NCBI GenBank assembly: GCA_032718475.1
Contig: JAUCBJ010008896.1
Coordinates: 1 to 64,000 of the forward strand
DNA: 64,000 nt
DNA from: Nemertoderma westbladi
Taxonomy: Eukaryota > Animalia > Xenacoelomorpha
Direction of reading: 5' to 3'
The notes under the pieces were generated by a model that ran no database searches, was not told the origin of the DNA, and saw nothing but the letters and a program-made list of their open reading frames with translations. The translations under genes were made by a program, and so were the position numbers. Below are positions 13,576 to 26,313 of this stretch, one piece after another; positions within the stretch are counted from its first letter, which is position 1, and the number at the start of each line of letters is the position of its first letter.

Positions 13576-14250
13576 CTACTGAGGAGACTGAGCCTCAGCG
13601 CCTCGGTGAGGTGTGTTAGAGTTCGTGTTCGTGGGTTGATAAACAGTTTGCCCCAATGGGTTGAAAATATCGGCCCTAACTCTTATATTATCATCCGTTT
13701 TTTGGTGAAAGTCTAAAAGAAGGTGTGTAAATGGTTTTTGTGTGGCATTGCTATATGCTTGAACACTATAATTGCTATTTTTTGGGTACACTTGCTGCGC
13801 TATATAACTTATTTGACTTGCGTCGCGAGGATTTTTTGTGAAAATACAATATTTGGCATTTAGGCTTCTCGTCCGCGTTTCTGCTCCTTTACTGAAAACA
13901 TTTTGTGTTATATAGATAATGAAACAGGTCGTATGATGGCAGGTTTTTGGGAAGCTTTCTGTCAAACTCTCATCACTCTTACTTTCGCTTAGCAAGTCGT
14001 CTATAATAATCAGATCGTTTTCGTGGAAAATAGAATTGATTTTTTGTGGTAAACCTTTGAATAGATGTGTTATACCTGGGAATTCGGGTGGGGTGGCGCC
14101 ATAAAAGAATAATACACTCTTTGGGGTTATGTAAAAATCTAAATTTTTATTTTTTACAATTTTTGATACCAATACTGTTTTTCCGGAAGAACGGAAGAAC
14201 CCGCAATAATCATGGCCGAACCCATCTTGAAAGAGGCGTCGTATGATGTG
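13576..14250 (-). pseudogene. Polinton/adintovirus A32-like packaging ATPase, frameshifted
   Basis: Upstream of the listed ORF the minus strand reads DASFKMGSAMIIAGS/SGKT (Walker A broken by a small indel near 14190). The ORF has Walker B LIIIDD, YITQNVF, R.RSLNA.Y...KNPRD and KPFTHLLLD. Confidence 0.85.
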
Positions 14251-14414
14251 ATTGGTTCGTGTGATATCGCTGGCCCCTGTGAAATCATTGATAGGTGGTC
14301 ACTCATTAGATTGGAAATCTGGCAACTTGTCGGTTGACGCTTGTACCTGCGGTACTACAGTAGGTCTATACCCCCGGTGGGATTGCGCTATTTTTCTGCC
14401 TCTTACAGCCGTTA

Positions 14415-14771
14415 TTATGGGTGATATTTTCTGATAAGCGTTAAAAGCCCAATCATTAAACCAGAGATTAATAGATTTATAAATCCGCCCCTTTGCACCA
14501 ATCGTTTACGGTAAATTCTAATAGGATATTTGGCTGTTGGTTTTTTAGCAATTTCCCGTATAGTTTTTTTATGGCGTTTTAACCTCGCGATTGTTTGCTC
14601 AGGAATCTTTACGTTACCATTTAATACATTTAGAATAATATTAATTAGAAAACTTATAAGTTCGTCGGTTCCGCCAATGCGTTAGAAGGTTTTTCTACTG
14701 TTGGGGGAGGCGTTAGATAAGAACTTTAAATCCCCATCAAATTGTTTAATTAAAGTTTTGAGCGATTTCAT
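14415..14771 (-). pseudogene. Small conserved Polinton/adintovirus virion-type protein with a QxGGF motif
   Basis: Manual translation: MKSLK...F*RIGG...IILNVLNGNVKI...LKRHKKTIREIA...LVQRGGFINLLISGL. This matches the small Maverick protein pattern LNVLxGN...QxGGF plus an amphipathic tail. One premature stop. Confidence 0.7.
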
Positions 14772-14989
14772 TTACATATATATATATTAATATTAATAAC
14801 ATATATAAACGAGAACAATAATAGCGTGTAATAAAACATAAAACACTGTCACCATTATAAATAGTATCGAGTATATGCGTGAGTGTGGTTTTTTGTGTAG
14901 TAATATCACTGTCACCATTATAAATAGTATCGAGTATATGCACGACTGGGGTCCTGATAAAACACCTAAGGCACCCTGGGACGCCCGGG

Positions 14990-15840
14990 GTGAAGAAATA
15001 CGAAAAGCGTGTTTCATGGATTGACAGTTTTCCTTCTAATACTGAACCAGTGTTTCGAAATGTTGCCATAATCGAGTATAAGGGAATATTTCCTACCTCT
15101 ACCGGTACCTCAACCGAGCACGAGCAGGTAGGCCTACCCTGTCAGTCTCAATATGTGTGCACCTCACCGGCAGCTATTGAACATGTGAAGGAAAGTCTTG
15201 AACGAAATATTCCACCGAGAGAAATTTATCAGGATATGTTATTGAATGATTCGACTGAAGCACCCCGTAATATCAGACAAATTTACAATGTAAAACAGAC
15301 TGGGAAGGCAAAAACAGGGAATGCAACAAACAATCTTGCAGATGATATTCTCGAGGATATATCATCTATAAATGAACACGAGTTTATTCAGACTGTTATT
15401 CACGAGAAAAACTCGCCTCCATTAATTATTCTATACAGTGATATTCAGGTGAAAGACATGAAACGTTTCCTTTCAACCGATACGGATTATCATTCAATTG
15501 TTGGAGTTGATATAACTTTTAATTTTGGTCCCTGTTATGTTACTTCCTTAGTTTACTAGAACAATTATCTGATCCGAAAAGAGAGTGGGGATTCACCAGT
15601 CTTTTTGGGGCCAATTTTCTTACATTGGGATGGTCTTCACCAGTCTTACTATAAATTTTTCTGCCAACTTCGATTAATATTCCATGACAACATAGACACT
15701 CAAATCGGCGGCGTGGATCTTATTTTGGGTTCGGATGAGGAGAAGGCAATCTTGAAAGCTATTAACACCTGCTTTCCTAAGGCTACGCAACTGCTGCTGT
15801 GTACTAAACATGTCCGCGATAATATCCTTCGACATCTCTA
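14990..15840 (+). pseudogene. MULE transposase, DD catalytic region
   Basis: VGVDITFNFG, PVFLGPIFLH, and GSDEEKAI..AI..CFP.A..LLCTKH (D..D and CxxH motifs). In-frame stop at about 15557. Confidence 0.85.
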
Positions 15841-16979
15841 TAACAATTATTTAGTGCACATGAAGTAACATTAGCCGAAGCCAGTCTATGCGCGATCATT
15901 CACCCACAGTTAAGGGAAACTGGATTCGGGTGCTTTGAAGTTATTGAATTGCAGACCTACTGTATTATTCGATTGATCGTTCCTATATAATCTTTGACAA
16001 TATTATTCACTTTCGGGGAAATATTAACAGTTCCTTTAGGATGTGGCGCTTTAAGTATATAAACAGAGTTATGACTTATACTAAACACAACGAGATGGCT
16101 ACTGATTTTCGTAAATAGCGCATTCTTTAGGAGATGCTTTATTATCTGTCACACTGCTGCATACGACTTCACACTGCTGCACACTGATCTGCCGACCGTC
16201 ACTGAATTTGACCATATATAAGGAGGATAGCAACTGACACATGTAGGGATTATGAAATAGTATTTAATTCACACTAAAACCACTATAATGTAAGTCGCAA
16301 TTGCTACCGGTAACCGGTCCCTCTTACCTTCAGTAATCAAGAATATTGGGGTTTTATGATTATTTATCGGTATTCTCCAAATATAACAACATATCCATCA
16401 ACATATAACAATTAACAACAGACAGTAAACAGAAGTAAAATAATGCGGTGATAGTCAGCCAGTATCGGTAATACCGGTACCGCAGGTGCCAAGATATGTC
16501 CAGTCAGTAGTTTCATCAGTCAGGCCCAGTTGTTATGGTTTGTTGCCCAGTTGCACAGTGCAGATAATAGATTTATGTTCTTATAATCAAAGCCGTCTAA
16601 TGTTGGCCAAAGTCTGAAACTTCTAACACAGAAGTACAGAATAATTTCCAAGCAGTTGTTCTCGTTCAGAAAGGTAAACAAAGACCGTAATGCATTGCGC
16701 GGTTTTCCGTAGGCCTCTGTGCAAGATAAAATGAAAATCGCTCTGATTGGCCGAGCCTGAACAAAGAGAGGCTCCACGTGTACAGTAAACCAGCTGACAG
16801 ATTTCGTCATCGGAGTTCCAGTCTTTTAGAGTATTAGGCGTATTGCGGCAGAAAATGGCTTGTTATGTCCGCTAAAACACCTACAGGGTACATTGCGGAG
16901 AAAATGGCTTGTTATGTCCGCTAAAACAACTAAACAGTTCATTGCGGAGAAAAATGACTTGTTATATCCGCAAAAGCTT

Positions 16980-17125
16980 TTACACCGGATTTCTGTGACT
17001 ATTTCAAGTCGGTTGCTGATAGAATCAAGCAATATGTATTTCTTCCGAAACTGTCTAATAATAGTATTCCCATAAATTGGACCAACAACGCTAGCGAGAG
17101 CATTAACCACGTAATGAAGTTAGTG
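16980..17125 (+). pseudogene. MULE transposase fragment with catalytic Glu
   Basis: Manual translation DYFKSVADRIKQYVFLP...INWTNNASESINHVMK contains the TNNxxES motif. Confidence 0.75.
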
Positions 17126-17126
17126 A

Positions 17127-20100
17127 ACACGTTCGTGGGGCCTTCGCGCAGCACGAGGCCCAGTTATTAGATACAAATTAAAATTGAGCGACTGTATCAC
17201 AAAATCAGGTTTTGAGAAATTTACCCACACCACCAATCAATCAAAGAAAGGCGGACAGTACGTGTTCACCCCTTTTAATCCCCCCCCCACCCTTCCCAAC
17301 CACCAATACATAACCGGGACATCTACCACCCACGGAAGGGTAGCACGAACTTATTTCCAATCGCACGTTAAATATGCAAAGCCAGGTGGTTTATAGGAAT
17401 ATAATAAACGCAGTACTCGTTTTCATTATAAGCCTCTTTGCGTTCGTCCTGTTTTGTATTTAAATATATTTCTTAAACGCAGGCTAGGACGATCTTTATA
17501 ATAATAATAACTAGGGATGCGATCAATATGTGAAGCCAGGTGGTTTATATAACAATTTAGTCAACGCAGTACTCGTCTTCATTATATGCCTCGTTGCGCT
17601 CGTCGCTTGTCCTGTTTTGTCATAAAATATTTTTCCTAAACGCAGACTGACGATCTTTATACAGTTATAACTATGCGAAGTTTCGAAACTGTGCGAGTAA
17701 CTGTTGATACATCTATGTGGAGATGTGTGATATGTGGAGATGTGTGATACAACGCCAACTCGCATCTTATGCCGATGTAGTAATATGGGTATTGAAATAA
17801 TATTAAATCAATGTACACTCTTAAAGCTGCAGCGAAAAAATGTAGCTAATTTCCTAGGTTACATATAAAATAATAATATTATTTTTAAGAACATTAATTT
17901 TACTACTTTGCAAAAATTCAATTAAAAAATAACCAGACATATACATTGTGGAATAAACTATTTCAGAAGCCTACACAACAGCCATGCCATGGATTGTATT
18001 TATGTTATTATATCTGTCATTTACCTGAGATAGCAATACAACACTTATAGTAGAGTCAATACAGGAAGGATGTTGGGATGTTGGATTTCAAGAATGATGT
18101 CTGGTCTGGAATAGCAATACTGGTTGCCTATTACAGTACAATTCCTCTCTGGTTAGTCTACAGCCACAACTCCAAGCCAGCTAGCTCCACACCAGCAGAG
18201 ACTTGACCAATAATCATTCCCAGCAAATAGCTGCCTTACACACACATCCTTCCATCGTACCAGCATGTTAGCCAATAAATGAGCAGTATTTAATGAGAAT
18301 CAATTTTTTATGACGTTTTAATTACTTTAGATCAATTAAAGACACAATTAATAAAGCAAATCACTTGAACTAATTAAAAACTATAATAGAATGGCGTATG
18401 TGGATTACATCTGTATAATTTTAAGTATAATTATTTAAATCTTATACTGTAAAACAATTAATTTCCTTTAAAAGGCAGGTTGAAAATGGTGTTTTTACCG
18501 TAATCAACATAATTAACTAATTAACTGCTATTATCTTAGCTTCTCGAAGGCCACACGGAAATTCTACTTGGAAAATTTCTAAACTTTTGCCAAACAACAT
18601 GTGTACCAAGTTTAGATAGATTTCATCAAAGATTGGCTGAGTTATTAACGTTTAAAATTGGACGCGACAGAACGACAGAACGACACGTTCGTGGGGCCTT
18701 CGCGCAGCACGAGGCCCAGTTATGAGATACAAATTAAAATTGTGCGACTGTATCACAAAATCAGGTTATGAGATATTAACCCACACCACCAATTAATCAA
18801 AGAAAGGGGGACAGTACGTGTTCAGGTTCACCCCTTTTAATCTGCACACCCCCCCCCCCCCCTCCCCCCACCCACCAATACATAACCGCGACATCTACCA
18901 CCCACGGAAGGGTAGCACGAACTTATTTCCAATCGCACGTTAAATATGCAAAGCCAGGTGGTTTATAGGAATATAATAAACGCAGTACTCGTTTTCATTA
19001 TAAGCCTCTTTGCGTTCGTCTTGTTTTGTATTTAAATATATTTCTTAAACGCAGGCTAGGACGATCTTTATAATAATAATAACTAGGGATGCGATCAATA
19101 TGTGAAGCCAGGTGGTTTATATAACAATTTAGTCAACGCAGTACTCGTCTTCATTATATGCCTCGTTGCGCTCGTCGCTTGTCCTGTTTTGTCATAAAAT
19201 ATTTTTCCTAAACGCAGACTGACGATCTTTATACAGTTATAACTATGCGAAGTTTCGAAACTGTGCGAGTAACTGTTGATACATCTATGTGGAGATGTGT
19301 GATATGTGGATATGTGTGATACAACGCCAACGCATCTTATGCCGATGTAGTAATATGGGTATTGAAATAATATTAAATCAATGTACACTCTTAAAGCTGC
19401 AGCGAAAAAATGTAGCTAATTTCCTAGGTTACATATAAAATAATAATATTATTTTTAAGAACATTAATTTTACTACTTTGCAAAAATTCAATTAAAAAAT
19501 AACCAGACATATACATTGTGGAATAAACTATTTCAGAAGCCTACACAACAGCCATGCCATGGATTGTATTTATGTTATTATATCTGTCATTTACCTGAGA
19601 TAGCAATACAACACTTATAGTAGAGTCAATACAGGAAGGATGTTGGGATGTTGGATTTCAAGAATGATGTCTGGGCTGGAATAGCAATACTGGTTGTCTA
19701 TTACAGTACAATTCCTCTCTGGTTAGTCTACAGCCACAACTCCAAGCCAGCTAGCTCCACACCAGCAGAGACTTGACCAATAATCATTCCCAGCAAATAG
19801 CTGCCTTACACACACATCCTTCCATCGTACCAGCATGTTAGCCAATAAATGAGCAGTATTTAATGAGAATCAATTTTTTATGACGTTTTAATTACTTTAG
19901 ATCAATTAAAGACACAATTAATAAAGCAAATCACTTGAACTAATTAAAAACTATAATAGAATGGCGTATGTGGATTACATCTGTATAATTTTTAAGTATA
20001 ATTATTTAAATCTTATACTGTAAAACAATTAATTTCCTTTAAAAGGCAGGTTGAAAATGGTGTTTTTACCGTAATCAACTTAATTAACTAATTAACTGCT

Positions 20101-20380
20101 ATTATCTTAGCTTCTCGAAGGCCACACGGAAATTCTACTTGGAAAATTTCTAAACTTTTGCCAAACAACATGTGTACCAAGTTTGGATAGATTTCATCAA
20201 AGATTGGCTGAGTTATTAACATTTAAAATTGGACGCGACAGAACGACAGAACGACAGAACGACAGGTTGATTAATGGTACCACTACGCTAAGGCTCACTC
20301 ACTTCGTGGCTCGCCCCACAGAACGACAGGTTGATTAATGGTACCACTACGCTAAGGCTCACTCACTTCGTGGCTCGCCC
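17127..20380 (+). mobile_element. Non-autonomous Helitron/Helentron-like element as a tandem dimer (~1556-bp unit)
   Basis: Near-identical units start at 17127 and 18683. There is a 5' hairpin gggcct..aggccc, (ACAGAACG)n microsatellite, and a 62-bp tandem duplication at the 3' end. Short inverted termini gtggggc/gccccac. It interrupts the MULE between NHVMK and NWKPQ. Confidence 0.6.
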
Positions 20381-20744
20381 CACAACTGGAAGCCGCAATC
20401 TGAATTTGATAGACAAACTACAAAAGATTGTACAACTTCAGTACACAGATATGCGGCAAGCACTACAAGGGAATTTTGAACTAGACAATTCCCTTGCGAA
20501 GTTCCGCATCAATCATGTTGTTTGGCAATCAATGTCTGAGGAAGAGAAAGATGAAACCTTCAGTAGGTTTCTTAAGTTTAGTGCTAAACGTAAGATCGCG
20601 TCCATTGTTGCTAAAGGAAGACCATTTGTGATCCCTAAAAAGGACCGTGTTGCGAAGAAACACGGACAGAAGAAGAAAAGTCCTCTGGCGACTAGAACTC
20701 AAACCCGGAAGAGGCTGGCGGTAAACTCTAAGCCATGGCGTTAG
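20381..20744 (+). pseudogene. MULE transposase C-terminal fragment
   Basis: NWKPQ, then LIDKLQKIVQLQYTDMRQALQGNFEL...WQSMSEEEK and a basic tail KKHGQKK. Confidence 0.7.
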
Positions 20745-20854
20745 ATAGGACTCTTGTAGACTATATAGAGATCAGAGATCATTTGATACAGAACACTTAA
20801 CTCTCTCTCTAGTTTTGAGTTTTAGCCTTGAGTTAGTTTTTATTTGGAACTTAA

Positions 20855-22349
20855 CCCTATTAAACCCGGGGGGGGGGGGGGTCAATATGACCCTCCCCGT
20901 GGTTTTTTTATTACAATTCTGAAACAAACGCAGTTAGGAATCTGAAATTTTATGACTTTTCCTAAAAATCTATTGTCTTCCTAGTAGTGAAAACCGTTTT
21001 CAAAAATATTGGGTAGTTTTCGAGTTATAGCACCATTTTTTAACCCTACTTTTTGGCACTTTTTTTGAGACGTTTTTTGAAAATTACATTTCATTAAATA
21101 TGAATTGTAACATCTCTATTTTTGATTTACACCGGTTTTTTGGTGTTAGAAATTGGATGGAATTCATATAAATTGATTTAGAAATTTCAAACTTGTTTTT
21201 TTCGGCGGGTGCCAATTTTTGGTGCCAGCACCAAATATTGAAATATGTCAATTTTGTCAATTGATTGTGTGAAACTTGTTTTATACGCAATTGGGGTTTT
21301 TTGGGGTTCTGGTTTCGATGAATTATATACGAGTTGCACCAAGCGTATCAAACTTGTATTTTTCGGTGGTGGGTGCAAATTTTGGTGCTAGCACGAAATT
21401 TTTAAAATCCATTCAATTGATAAAATTGTTTGTGACAATTTATTTCTTGCGTTTTAGAGGTTTATGGCTATTCTGAATTGAATGGAATATATAATTTTCG
21501 AACTAGGCATCTCAAACTTGTATTTTTCGGAAGTGGGTGCAAAATGTGGTGCTAGCACCAAATTTTGAAAACCATCAAATATATAAATTGATTGTGTCAC
21601 CTTGTTTCTTGCGTTATACGGGTTTGTGAGGGTTCTGAATTCAATGGAATCAGTAAAAATTTCATAAGAGTTTTCAAACTTGTTTTTTTCGCCGGTGGGT
21701 GAAAATTGTTGTGCCAGCACCAAATTTTGGAAAATAAGCAAATTGATCAGTAGATAGTATCATCTTGTTTATTGCGTTATACGGGTTTATCAGGGTCCTG
21801 AATCCGATGGAATCAATAAAAACAACACTGGACATCGCAAACTTGTACTTTTTGGTGATGGGTACGAAATTTGGTCCTAGCACCAAAATTTGCCAAATTA
21901 CGCCGAAAAATACAAGTAGCAATGATGGGGAATTTTAGAAATGTATTCCATTAGAATCAGCGCCTTAGAAAACCTGAAAATGTGAATTTATAGCATCGTA
22001 TAAGTGAATTAAAAATTTTGTGTTCTAGCTGAAAAGTGCTGTTTACTTGTTTTTTTCATTTTTTTCCTACGCAGAGAAGACTAAACAGCCATTTATAGTA
22101 ATCATATCATTTTTAAATATTTTGCAATGTATTTTTCGCCCCAGAAAACCTGTATTGAAAAACAATTAGACGAAAAATGTAACTTTCAAATTTTCTTAAA
22201 ATTGTGCACTACTTGTAATTTTGGTGCTGCAATATAACCACCCCAGTACATTTTTTCGAAAATTGACCCCAATATCCCCTTCAATCGACCTTCAATATGA
22301 CCCCCGCCCCGGTATTTGTACAACATTTTATAGCCCGGTACTAATAGGG
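20855..22349. mobile_element. piggyBac-like non-autonomous element with internal ~162-bp tandem repeats
   Basis: TTAA|CCCTATTA...TAATAGGG|TTAA, with TSDs at 20851-20854 and 22350-22353. Internal anchor caaacttgt recurs at 21188, 21349, 21513, 21675 and 21838. Confidence 0.85.
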
Positions 22350-22939
22350 TTAAGCTTTATGATTTAATATAAAATAAAATATCATTGTTCATTTTATTTG
22401 TTATTGAATTCATTATATAGATGTTATTGAAATACAAATAATATTTAATTCAATATTGTTAGAGAATTATATACTACGGTAATATTTATTTCAGGGCGCC
22501 ACCGGGCGTCTTCAGGGCGCCTCCGGCCGTTCCCGGGCGCCACCGGGCGTCCCCGGGTGCCTCCGGGCCCCTCAGGGCGCTCATGGGCACCTCAGGGCGT
22601 GTTTTATCAGGACCCCACGAGTGTGGTTTTTTGTGTAGTAAAACCAAGCAATTATATTATATAAACGTAAACGCACCTCTTTAAAACCTAACACCGATAA
22701 TAATAAACACATTATATAATGCAAACAATGAAAATATGTAGAAAACAATTTTAACATAATTATATTTATTTTAGGCGATTTACCGTGTCCAGTGACCTTG
22801 CCGCTTGTGAAAAAGAGACACATCCCACCGCAAATTTTGACAATATATTGAAAAGGCTTTATGACGAGTTTCCCATTTAGAATTCCTTTAGTCAGTACAT
22901 CGAATGAAATGTGACCACCGACCAACCTCAAACTTATAC

Positions 22940-25121
22940 TGTTACGGTATATGGCGCTGTATCCACAGTATTAGTCCATTATGCAGTATGCAGTATTAGT
23001 CCATTATGCAGTATGCAGTATTAGTCCGTTATACTGTACGTAATATTAGTCCGTTGTGCAGTATAATTATTTAGATAAGGTGCAGTGTGGTGACATTTAG
23101 GTAAGGAAGTTAAAACGCCCATATATTTTGCATCCATTCATTTTGTATAGTATGTAGCCCTACCTACGTAATTTTGTATTAGGATATATGTAGATAGTTC
23201 CAGGGTAGCGAGTTTACTCGGACCCTGGATTTTGTGCTTGCTGATATTAGTTTGATAGGGCTAGCATATAGGGACGCTGTCCTGGCCATTCAACAGCCAG
23301 AGACGTGATCCATTACCATATATGGTAATAATTTGAGGGCATAGGGCTACAATCCGGTCTCCTTATTGGATTAACTGCTTCCAGGTTGGTTTAATGCTAG
23401 CATGGACTGGAGAGCCAATGGGAGAGCGATTGAGTCACCTTATTGCATCACCCCATCCGGATCACCTATAAATTGGCGGTGTGCCGGTAGGGCCTTTTTT
23501 GTTGTTCATATGTTCATGCCTTATCACATGACACACCCCTGTTACAATTTACTTGCTGAGCTGTCTCTAATTTTGTATTAGGATATCGTATTTTCTGCAA
23601 TTTGCTAATTTTGATTAATTTCTTGGAATGATTTGCTAGTACGATTACTTTGCTTGTGTTTCTCAATAATTCCTTCGATTACTGCAAATTACAATCGAAC
23701 TATGATTTCTACCTTTGATTGATGGTTCTATGTGATTCTTTTCTGCGCAATAATCCCAAGGGATTCCTGAGACTGTCAGACTTTGTGATTTGCATGCGCC
23801 GCTACGGTAGCTATTAGCATCATGGAGGGCTAAGGTGCCAGTGGGCGGTGGGCGCATCGGGGGGTTGAGCGACTAGGAGAGAGCGGAGGATTCAAAGCGG
23901 GCAACGCTGGCCAGGGTCACCGTTGCGGGCGGGTATCTTGCACTGCGGCACGCAGACCGATCGCCGGTACAGTATCTAGGGGGCTGATGATCCAGGTTTT
24001 GTCTCTATTTAGTATTAGGGGGGCAGGAATTGGGTTAGTTAGGAATCCTAGATGTACCCGGGAGAGGCCTGCGCGTAGTACAACGTTGAGTGTGGAGTAC
24101 GAGTAGTGAATTGCACAATTGTAAACTGTGATTTCTAACGCTGATTGGTGTGTTATTGAAGTGTGCCTAAGATTACGAATGCTTAGATAGGCGCTCTTTT
24201 TTCCTTTGATTGATTTCTATTTCTTAGTTACAATAATTAGTTATTGATTAGGTCAAAGTAATACGGCAATTTAGGCTATTACTAGCGAAACCTGTTGCGT
24301 GATAAATTAGAATTACGTATTCTGGAACTCTTAGTAATTAGTACGCTGTTAAATATTTGTGACTGTAATTAATTAGTAAAAAATTAAGAATTAGTACGCA
24401 GCATAGCAGAGAGTAGCTAAGGTAATAATTAGTGTACTGTAAACTATTCACGCTGAGCGGTTATTTGCATTAGCGGGCAATCAGCTAGAACGCACTATTC
24501 GGTACGCACGATACGCTAGTAATTTTGCTGGCCTAAAGCCAGTCGCGGGCAGTTTTAGACTCGGAGTGGTATTATCCACGTAGAAACAGATACTGTACCA
24601 TTTTGATATTTTAAATATTCTCGCATTCACACATTACGTTAGGGAACCTCCAGTATTCGCGATTAGAAAGACGTAGGTAATAGCGTGCTTTAATAGTGAT
24701 AAAATTAGGCGTAAGAATACTCTGAGTGCAAGGCCTCTCGCACTCGTCTTAAGTAAGCTTAGGGAGCCAACTCGGGTTTATTGTTTTGGTTATTCCTGCG
24801 TGGCTCATAGATTCGAACAGTTAGCTCTCTATCGAGCAATCGGTAGAGAAAGGAACAAGCGATTTTGCAGGAGTTGTGTAAATTTAGTAAAATATATTAG
24901 CGGACGGCAGATTAGCGCCATCTAACGGTAAGTAGCGGTTTGTATTTAGCAACCCTTACAATTTAGTAATAGCACACTCCTGATCCCCTTTACTTAACAG
25001 TAGAGCAGTCTTTGTGTCTTATTGGTTAGACGAGAACTTATTAGGTTGGCAGAAGGATATTAACGGGTATTGGTCTGTTCAACAGTTCTGCTGTTAGTAT
25101 AGAGGTCGCGGTTGTTTATCA
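22940..25121 (+). repeat. 5' LTR (2182 bp)
   Basis: TGTTACGG...GTTTATCA, a direct repeat of 39432-41613. I found only four A/G differences by eye. Confidence 0.97.
23410..23475 (+). promoter_or_regulatory. Putative LTR promoter (CCAAT and TATA boxes)
   Basis: agccaatg at about 23412 and cctataaa at about 23465, repeated in the 3' LTR. Confidence 0.5.
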
Positions 25122-26313
25122 GTAATACGCGATTTGTTTGCTGTAGGCTGTAGCGTACAGTAAATAGTGTATTCTTAGGCTGATAGTAGTATCACAGTAT
25201 TAAGTAATAAGTTGGAGCACGTGATCGTCTGCTGTAGGCTATAGGCTAGCGTACAGTAAGACATTGAGTTTATTCTATTAGGTTGTAGGTTTAGATTACT
25301 GTATTCACTGGCTGCGTACAATAGTACAGTAGTACATTAGGCTGATTGTTGTTACTGCGTACGGTAGAAGGACATTTGTTTGCCGTACCACACACACAGT
25401 ATCATTAGGCTGTTAGGTTGGTGTACTGTTTTACTTACTGTACTGCATACAGTGGATGTACGGTAGTGCGTTTTGCTAATTGCGAATACAGCAGTTCCTT
25501 AGGCCTTAGGGCAAACAGTAATTAGTAAGTTTTTTGAAAATTTTAGCTAGGTTTGCGAGAATTCAGTTTTCGGTCAAAATTATTTTGTAAAATTCTAGAG
25601 TTTTGTACCGGTATGTTAGGTAACCGCTTAGTTATTTTATACCATCTGGAGATACATGGCAAGACGGGACTTCTGAGTTTGGGGTTCGTGTGGGTCTGCG
25701 GGTTCGGTTTGCAATCAGCGAAGGGCCTGAATCTTTGGACGCGGACGTGGAATCTCACAGCAAACAAGGTTAGTTGTTCTGTTGGCACCAGTGTGTTTGT
25801 GGAAGCAGTAAAAAATTACCGGTTGTTTAACTGCGAAGCTGAACTCAATTTATTAGTTAGGATATTTAGGTTTAGCCGGCCATGGTTTTTTGAATCGCTC
25901 AAGTTAGAGAGAGAGTTAGAGAGAGTCGCAACCCGAAGATGTAGCCACGCGCTAGTGGATACATATAATATTTGAAATTAAAATTACGTTGATTGGAGCT
26001 ATATATATAAAATTAGAAATATTCGGGTGGCAAGTTTATTTTGAATATTTTGTATTAGATTCAAAGTTATTTTGTGCTATACCGGTATTTAATACTATAT
26101 AGTAGCTATATAATAATATTTTTTGTTTAAATATTGTGTTAGTATTTGCTATAACTATATACCCCATTAAATTCACAATATTGCATTGCGAATTTATTTG
26201 ACATTTGGACCAACTGATTATTTGACAAATAATTTGACCGTATTTCGGTTAAATTACAATTATATCTCGAACTTTTGCGAGATTTTTGCCGGAAGGCAAA
26301 CATTATTTAGACT

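Larger units (their letters stand above)
14948..22616 (+). mobile_element. MULE (Mutator-like) DNA transposon, disrupted by nested inserts
   Basis: 18-bp TIR ggggtcctgataaaacac (14948-14965) / gtgttttatcaggacccc (22599-22616), flanked by acgact / acgagt. Transposase pieces lie inside. Confidence 0.85.

Noticed and set aside
23984-24010. CTGATGA as a hammerhead ribozyme core in the LTR
   Set aside because: No correctly placed stem II plus GAAA or cleavage triplet could be built.
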